DNA from: a virus
Lineage: Duplodnaviria > Caudoviricetes
IMG/VR virus record: IMGVR_UViG_3300009512_000045
Location: 1 to 29,542 of that record
Strand: one strand, 5' to 3'
DNA: 29,542 nucleotides
Below are positions 25,701-29,542 of this stretch, piece after piece. Both the position numbers and the translations under genes were made by a program. The notes beneath the pieces were generated by a model. That model was not told the origin of the DNA and searched no databases. It saw only the letters and a program-made list of their open reading frames with translations. Numbering within the stretch: the stretch's first letter is position 1; every line of letters starts with the position of its first letter.

Positions 25701-27049
25701 ATGAGGCACAAGCAACCTTTGAGGCTGATAAGGCTACGGTTATTGAAGAATATGAATCAGGAGGAAACGACAGAATCCCAACAGGGACGTTCTTTAGAGA
25801 ATTAGAAGAAAAAGACACTTTCGCTTATGAAAATTATAAAGAAAAGATAAATAATTTTCACCCAGCTTTTCATTCAATACATCCTTGTGAGTTTAATGCA
25901 AGAATGACATTCCTAAATCAATGCCTAAGACCAGGTAGTTCAATAGAAGGAATAGCTGGTCCTAATAATATGGCTTTTGGTAGACCTCCTGTGTGTGTTC
26001 TTAGGTTAGGCGACTACTATAATTGTAAAGTTATTATCAATAATATAGATTTTAGTTACGAACAACCATTTTGGGACTTAAATCCGGAAGGGATTGGAGC
26101 ACAACCATGGGTTGTAAGAGTTTCCATGCAAATGTATATAGTTGGTGGAATGAGTCTTGGAGGACCATTATCACAATTACAAAATGCGGTTTCCTTTAAT
26201 TACTTTGCAAATACAGAACTTTGTGAATCTGATAGAGCAAAACCTAGTACCCCAAAAACTGTAACAACTACACAAACTGAAATTCCCGAAACAATTATTC
26301 CTAACAACTCAGGAACTGGGGAAATTCCCGAAACAATTATTCCTAACAACTCAGGAATTGGTAACGAGACAGTAACTAACCAAACAACGGCATCAGTTGG
26401 TCTTGTAGAAAACGAAATAATATGGTCAGGATTTATATCGAGTGGTACCTTAAACAACGCATATGACCTTACTCTCATTCCCCCTACTTCACCCATTGCT
26501 GGGGGGGTTGAACTACTACCAAACAACTTCACTAATTCATTTAGAACTACAGCAACTTTACAAAGAGTTGGAACCGAAAACCAATATAAGATATCTTGGT
26601 CTTATGCTGTTGCAACAACTGCTATTAAATCATCAACTCAACAGATAGACGCAGTTACAGGATTTCCAGTCGTTGATAATCAATTCAAACCTGTTATGGA
26701 CGTTAATCCGATTAGTGTGGGTGATAATGTGACACATTATACAGAGGTATTTGAAGATACTACTAATTGTATCAAAGATAATAATCCTGGATGTACAGTA
26801 CTTTTAACTAAGATGATTGAGGTCGGGGACTCGATAGAAACTTATTACGAAGGATGGTTTGATAGTAATTACCAACATATGGTCGCAACTACTAGACCAT
26901 TGAAACCAATAATGAAAATAAATTATTGTTATAGTATGACAACTGGTGACCCACATTCTAATAGTACGTTTGACGAATGTCTAATAGACCCAACAGGGAA
27001 TAAACTTGAAACAGATGGGACTGCGGTAAAAACCTTTTATAAAAATTAA
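22763..27049 (+). CDS. Large baseplate protein with a split tube-initiator-like (gp48/gp54 or CIS-tube-like) domain
   Basis: GRIMWFPPY...ENSSANW..TDILGRIEPIFTYKNSFRQTNLNF and, about 350 aa later, FGRPPVCVLRLGDYYNCKVIINNIDFSYEQPFWD...VRVSMQM; sits directly after the tape measure and before the LysM wedge. Confidence 0.65.
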   Translation: MGINIDNTIINGVTQATTTAELREWLLNRNLPNVITESGFQQNVQMLQEASVLFEESNQDFLQSLVVGNEFYQTGAYYSAGVNFGMLNGPQYSIDNLGDSNIDSTTDSSGNLMPHISCDLPNYIFPVISSSPCEINLFGTELEYTANNLDYYEVPTSDGRLVSETYNPETFGVLPPFGNTRVSSGFDFIKQYGEGIDSLVKKTQNQNPAVNPYSWFNSNPTMYDLFISPNFDGNFMRFDSTALELSPLDNRFYGLKISQRGFEFNNASAPDGSGVKTFYTPLQPYNDGFSDAPSTLIQNTRILEQWLLGSYGSRIVRDAHLLRNSFTSDDMYLSNSPGLPGIDSIEGTVGLNNHYLSLAWVLSGPRKPKSNTNYFVQQLTASQMDPTALAGGLGESVIDQDFGWDRALIPDFAASNTARKVESGARWQPQRTIGNFELTEEVGTKGILNYTQRIINNSTDGAQGVVKVGDYIRQDTKYIKTKNGPISRGSGVDSINNSGQKPFYRSWIRAKKEEVVQGGEDGSLPLNYSRYDALIRHQGLILGGNRSSWSGGKSVIEETGGAHIAQSGPTDTKRFMFSLENLAWKDDHDSLSPHEIGPNKGRIMWFPPYVESWTENSSANWTQTDILGRIEPIFTYKNSFRQTNLNFMVVTDYPEVLDTISKDFSPSNSDMEAAQFFAGEDFDRYKDAITDGKSMGGNSQFFEDVSAVKLKPSSEFLEDVSESVPNGFDTEELTLYYFSGCSQINSAFVEWPYTNTEPVCPNCGELWEGQYNKTTEAEAYVTRGGDIKIGVSAKLQELAEWLVTEQGKRYKIQVQYYRGPIQKDAGDDFHDEEIQIPDESPGNQGEFFTDTIQKVNPLSEEATALINKDYQTCGPNRGVKAIDLLQGLMNTYEVTNLETLLEKRSDSWYMEDAPDAGRWETTFGGDTPYNEIILEKDNQSTTTTVIDPNYTVPYPGYIQALPITIKVILNPELTTQDAKDEAQATFEADKATVIEEYESGGNDRIPTGTFFRELEEKDTFAYENYKEKINNFHPAFHSIHPCEFNARMTFLNQCLRPGSSIEGIAGPNNMAFGRPPVCVLRLGDYYNCKVIINNIDFSYEQPFWDLNPEGIGAQPWVVRVSMQMYIVGGMSLGGPLSQLQNAVSFNYFANTELCESDRAKPSTPKTVTTTQTEIPETIIPNNSGTGEIPETIIPNNSGIGNETVTNQTTASVGLVENEIIWSGFISSGTLNNAYDLTLIPPTSPIAGGVELLPNNFTNSFRTTATLQRVGTENQYKISWSYAVATTAIKSSTQQIDAVTGFPVVDNQFKPVMDVNPISVGDNVTHYTEVFEDTTNCIKDNNPGCTVLLTKMIEVGDSIETYYEGWFDSNYQHMVATTRPLKPIMKINYCYSMTTGDPHSNSTFDECLIDPTGNKLETDGTAVKTFYKN
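26279..26362 (+). repeat. In-frame 42-bp tandem duplication (2 copies, 40/42 identical)
   Basis: gaaattcccgaaacaattattcctaacaactcaggaa(c/t)tgg(g/t), encoding EIPETIIPNNSGTG and EIPETIIPNNSGIG. Confidence 0.95.
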
Positions 27050-27054
27050 AGAAA

Positions 27055-27372
27055 ATGAGTTTATATTACAATAGATATCACAATATGACAGACAATGGTA
27101 AACCAAAACCAATGCCGTTCATCACACTACCTAATAAAGCAACCGATAAGTTTATAAAATATGAACAAGGAGTTACCAGATTTGATAAACTAAGTAACCA
27201 ATACTATGGTAACTCATTACATGGGTGGTTGATAATGCAAGGAAACGCGGAATTTGGAGGGATAGAGTTTACGATTCCTAACGGAAGTATCATTAGAGTA
27301 CCATTCCCTTTCCAAAAGTCTTTACAAGACTACGAGAATGCAGTAAATAGATATCTTAAACTAAATGGTTAA
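27055..27372 (+). CDS. LysM-like baseplate wedge protein (T4 gp53 / P2 gpX-like)
   Basis: YEQGVTRFDKLSNQYYGNSLHGWLIMQGN...IPNGSIIRVP has the LysM-like pattern, in the canonical gene position. Confidence 0.8.
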   Translation: MSLYYNRYHNMTDNGKPKPMPFITLPNKATDKFIKYEQGVTRFDKLSNQYYGNSLHGWLIMQGNAEFGGIEFTIPNGSIIRVPFPFQKSLQDYENAVNRYLKLNG

Positions 27373-27375
27373 AAT

Positions 27376-29542
27376 ATGGGCGTAAACTTAATTGATCCGA
27401 ATGAAGAGATAAGAAAATATATTGGTGGGGGAGCGGGGTTACCATTCCCTAATAGTAATAATGCGGGTTCGGTAACAACACCACCAGAAGATTTAGTACC
27501 CTATGCTAATTTAAGGGTTATACTTCCAGGAAGGAGTGTAATAGTCGATGATGTTGCGGACCAAGTCCAAAAACAAGCAGAGATAGGATTCATTGTACCA
27601 TCCCAACTACCTCCTGAAAATAAAGGAAAAATGGGTACCTCATGGTCTGAAACAGGAGGGTTGTCAGGATTCATGAAAGATAAAGACGGACAATACACAG
27701 TCGACGGTTTAGGAAACCTACAAAGAGAAGGGGGTTTTGGAGAAACGTTTGGAATAACCGATATATCAGTTAAACTTAATGCTTCTTTTGAACCACAAGT
27801 GTTTATTAGTTTTGTAGATATTAGAGGGGCTTCTTTAATGGAACCAGGGTTAAACTCTCCTTACGCTGCTTTCTTTCACATGCCCTACCCTTTATTTACT
27901 CTAGACCTGAAAGGATACTACGGGAAAGGAATTAGTTACAAACTTCACTTAATGAAGTTCAATTCCAAATTTGATGGAGAGTCAGGGAATTTTATCATTA
28001 ATTGTGAATTTATTGGATTTACGTTTACTTATCTCGCTGATCTTTCTGCGATATATTCAGATGTTGGTCCTGATTTATACGGACAATATGTTAGTTCAGA
28101 CCCTAATTATTTTAGGTCTTTGAAATTAGGTAATAATATATCTAAAAAACCGTGGCCAGAAGGTACGATGACTCTAGGACCATATATGAACAATATTGCA
28201 GATATGGCGGCAAAAATGGAAGCAATAGAAAACGATGAAAACACTCAGAATGTAAAAGATATGACAGCTACGGTTGTTATTCTTAAAGATGTTATATTAT
28301 ATTGGAAGGAAGTGGTGGTAACTCATCTACGTCCGGACGATACGAATGATATATACACTTACAACCCCCATGACGAAACTTTAACAGTAACTGAATGTTT
28401 TTCAGCGACTACAGAAACTTTATTACCGATTATAGATGTTAAAAAGAAACGAGCCGCTAATAATAATGGGTACTATATGGACTTACTATTATATATTAGG
28501 GGGTATCAATCAAACACAGGTGGTGACATAGAAGCTGAAAAGAAATTGAAAATAAAGGCAGCTGGTGCTTACCGACCGTATGTAACATCTAGATTTGGTG
28601 AAATACCATCTAGTTCAAAAAAGAGACTTAATGAAGATGACGAGTCGAAATTACCTGAAATTGACCAAATAAAAATGGAATATGATGGACCTGTTAAGTG
28701 GGATCATGATGCCGACGTTACAACATCAGATTCTTATGGTGATGACTCTTCAGGTAACCCTGGAACAACAACAGATTACGATAGTAGTACAGCAACACAA
28801 GCGACAGCAGAAGGGTGTGCTTTGGTAATTGCTAAGTCTTTTTTATTACAAGCTAAAAAGTGTCTATCTCGAGCTGAGTTGATATTACAAGAGTTGACAA
28901 TAAAGAAAAAACAAGAAGAGGAGAGAGTTAGATTATCTTCATTAGTGATGCCACCTACCCTTGAAAACATATTTAAGTTAATATTAAATGGGATGGACGG
29001 GTTTAACGTAACACTAACCAATGTGGGTAAAATGGCCAATAAACAACATCAAGACGATGGAGGATTAAGGGCTAAATTAAGAACTAGTGGGACAGGTACT
29101 GATATTAAAGATAATCAGAAACAAGTCTTCCCATTTCCTTTAGTTTATAAAACAGAAAGGGATAGTAACTCTGGAACATCCATTAAAGGTCAATCAGGAA
29201 TAAGGACGGTAAAGATATTCCCAGGTCACGTTTACGTTGGTGGTGCTTATAGTTATCCAGATTATACAACCGATCCTTTTAAGTGGCCGGAGATTACCTT
29301 TGTTGAGAGGTTAATAACAACTTTAATTGAAAAAACACGTCAGATAAATAGTGCGTTTGACCCAGATGGGGATAGTTTTACTGATGAAGGAGGGTATGCA
29401 CCGGCTACAGTTGAAGAAACACCACCTTCAGGTAATCCATATGGTAAATTAACAAACGTCCAAAGACAAATTATTCCATTATTTATGTTAAGGACCATGT
29501 TAAGATTGGGTAATGCTAATAATTTTGGTAGTTCAGGTGAAA
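27376..29542 (+). CDS. Large baseplate hub-like protein (>720 aa), 3'-truncated; not in the ORF track
   Basis: ATG 3 nt after the wedge stop; I found no in-frame stop to the window end. It reads MGVNLIDPN...FGITDISVKLNASFEPQVFISFVDIRG...FFHMPYPLFTLDLKGYYGK...GNFIINCEFIG. The hub (gp27-like) role is inferred from position and beta pattern. Confidence 0.75.
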   Translation, partial: MGVNLIDPNEEIRKYIGGGAGLPFPNSNNAGSVTTPPEDLVPYANLRVILPGRSVIVDDVADQVQKQAEIGFIVPSQLPPENKGKMGTSWSETGGLSGFMKDKDGQYTVDGLGNLQREGGFGETFGITDISVKLNASFEPQVFISFVDIRGASLMEPGLNSPYAAFFHMPYPLFTLDLKGYYGKGISYKLHLMKFNSKFDGESGNFIINCEFIGFTFTYLADLSAIYSDVGPDLYGQYVSSDPNYFRSLKLGNNISKKPWPEGTMTLGPYMNNIADMAAKMEAIENDENTQNVKDMTATVVILKDVILYWKEVVVTHLRPDDTNDIYTYNPHDETLTVTECFSATTETLLPIIDVKKKRAANNNGYYMDLLLYIRGYQSNTGGDIEAEKKLKIKAAGAYRPYVTSRFGEIPSSSKKRLNEDDESKLPEIDQIKMEYDGPVKWDHDADVTTSDSYGDDSSGNPGTTTDYDSSTATQATAEGCALVIAKSFLLQAKKCLSRAELILQELTIKKKQEEERVRLSSLVMPPTLENIFKLILNGMDGFNVTLTNVGKMANKQHQDDGGLRAKLRTSGTGTDIKDNQKQVFPFPLVYKTERDSNSGTSIKGQSGIRTVKIFPGHVYVGGAYSYPDYTTDPFKWPEITFVERLITTLIEKTRQINSAFDPDGDSFTDEGGYAPATVEETPPSGNPYGKLTNVQRQIIPLFMLRTMLRLGNANNFGSSGE

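Noticed and set aside
2218-29039. Other short nested or antisense ORFs in the track (e.g. 2218, 2640, 3075, 5418, 8422, 9739, 13181, 18875, 26200, 28776)
   Set aside because: They lie wholly or largely within better-supported genes and have no recognisable features.
9783-29542. Extracellular contractile injection system or tailocin, suggested by multiple sheaths
   Set aside because: Neck proteins, a PolB gene and phage-style promoters flank the module, and no Afp15-like AAA ATPase or bacterial housekeeping genes are present. A phage fits better.
1-29542. Stop-codon reassignment as in some large phages
   Set aside because: Long genes are uninterrupted in the standard code, coding density is high, and TAG ends genes at sensible positions.
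1-29542. CRISPR arrays, tRNAs, introns, inteins, homing endonucleases, transposases
   Set aside because: No repeat-spacer pattern or cloverleaf was seen, intergenic gaps are short, and no splicing or nuclease motifs were recognised by eye.

Overview
This AT-rich, densely coding window comes from a large tailed dsDNA phage with a contractile tail and T4-related structural genes; jumbo-phage-like is an inference. Standard genetic code fits. From left to right it holds the 3' part of a family B DNA polymerase; five small late genes including a stand-alone WYL-domain protein; a gp13-like neck protein; a fibre-like protein with an internal S74 chaperone; an inverted SNF2/SMARCAL1-like ATPase; gp14-like and gp15-like proteins; a 57-aa antisense ribbon-helix-helix gene missed by the ORF track; two tandem tail-sheath paralogues; a HAD-family phosphatase; the tail tube; a gp26-like chaperone with an overlapping +1-frame gp51-like ORF; a 531-aa unknown; the tape measure; a 1428-aa baseplate protein; a LysM/gp53-like wedge; and a large hub-like ORF that runs off the right edge. 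The strongest leads are five. (1) A probable +1 programmed frameshift at TTT-TTT-TGG in the tail chaperone. (2) A two-sheath, one-tube tail. (3) An RHH regulator with a palindromic operator candidate, divergent from the sheath operon. (4) A sense-strand RTATTTATW motif, the reverse complement of the T4 late promoter, ahead of most transcription units. (5) Two protein-level signals: LxE-type leaders on non-structural late proteins and [S/T]-G-x-T enrichment in sheath 2. All protein assignments come from motif recognition by eye and gene order, not database searches. No tRNA, rRNA, CRISPR array or mobile element was seen.
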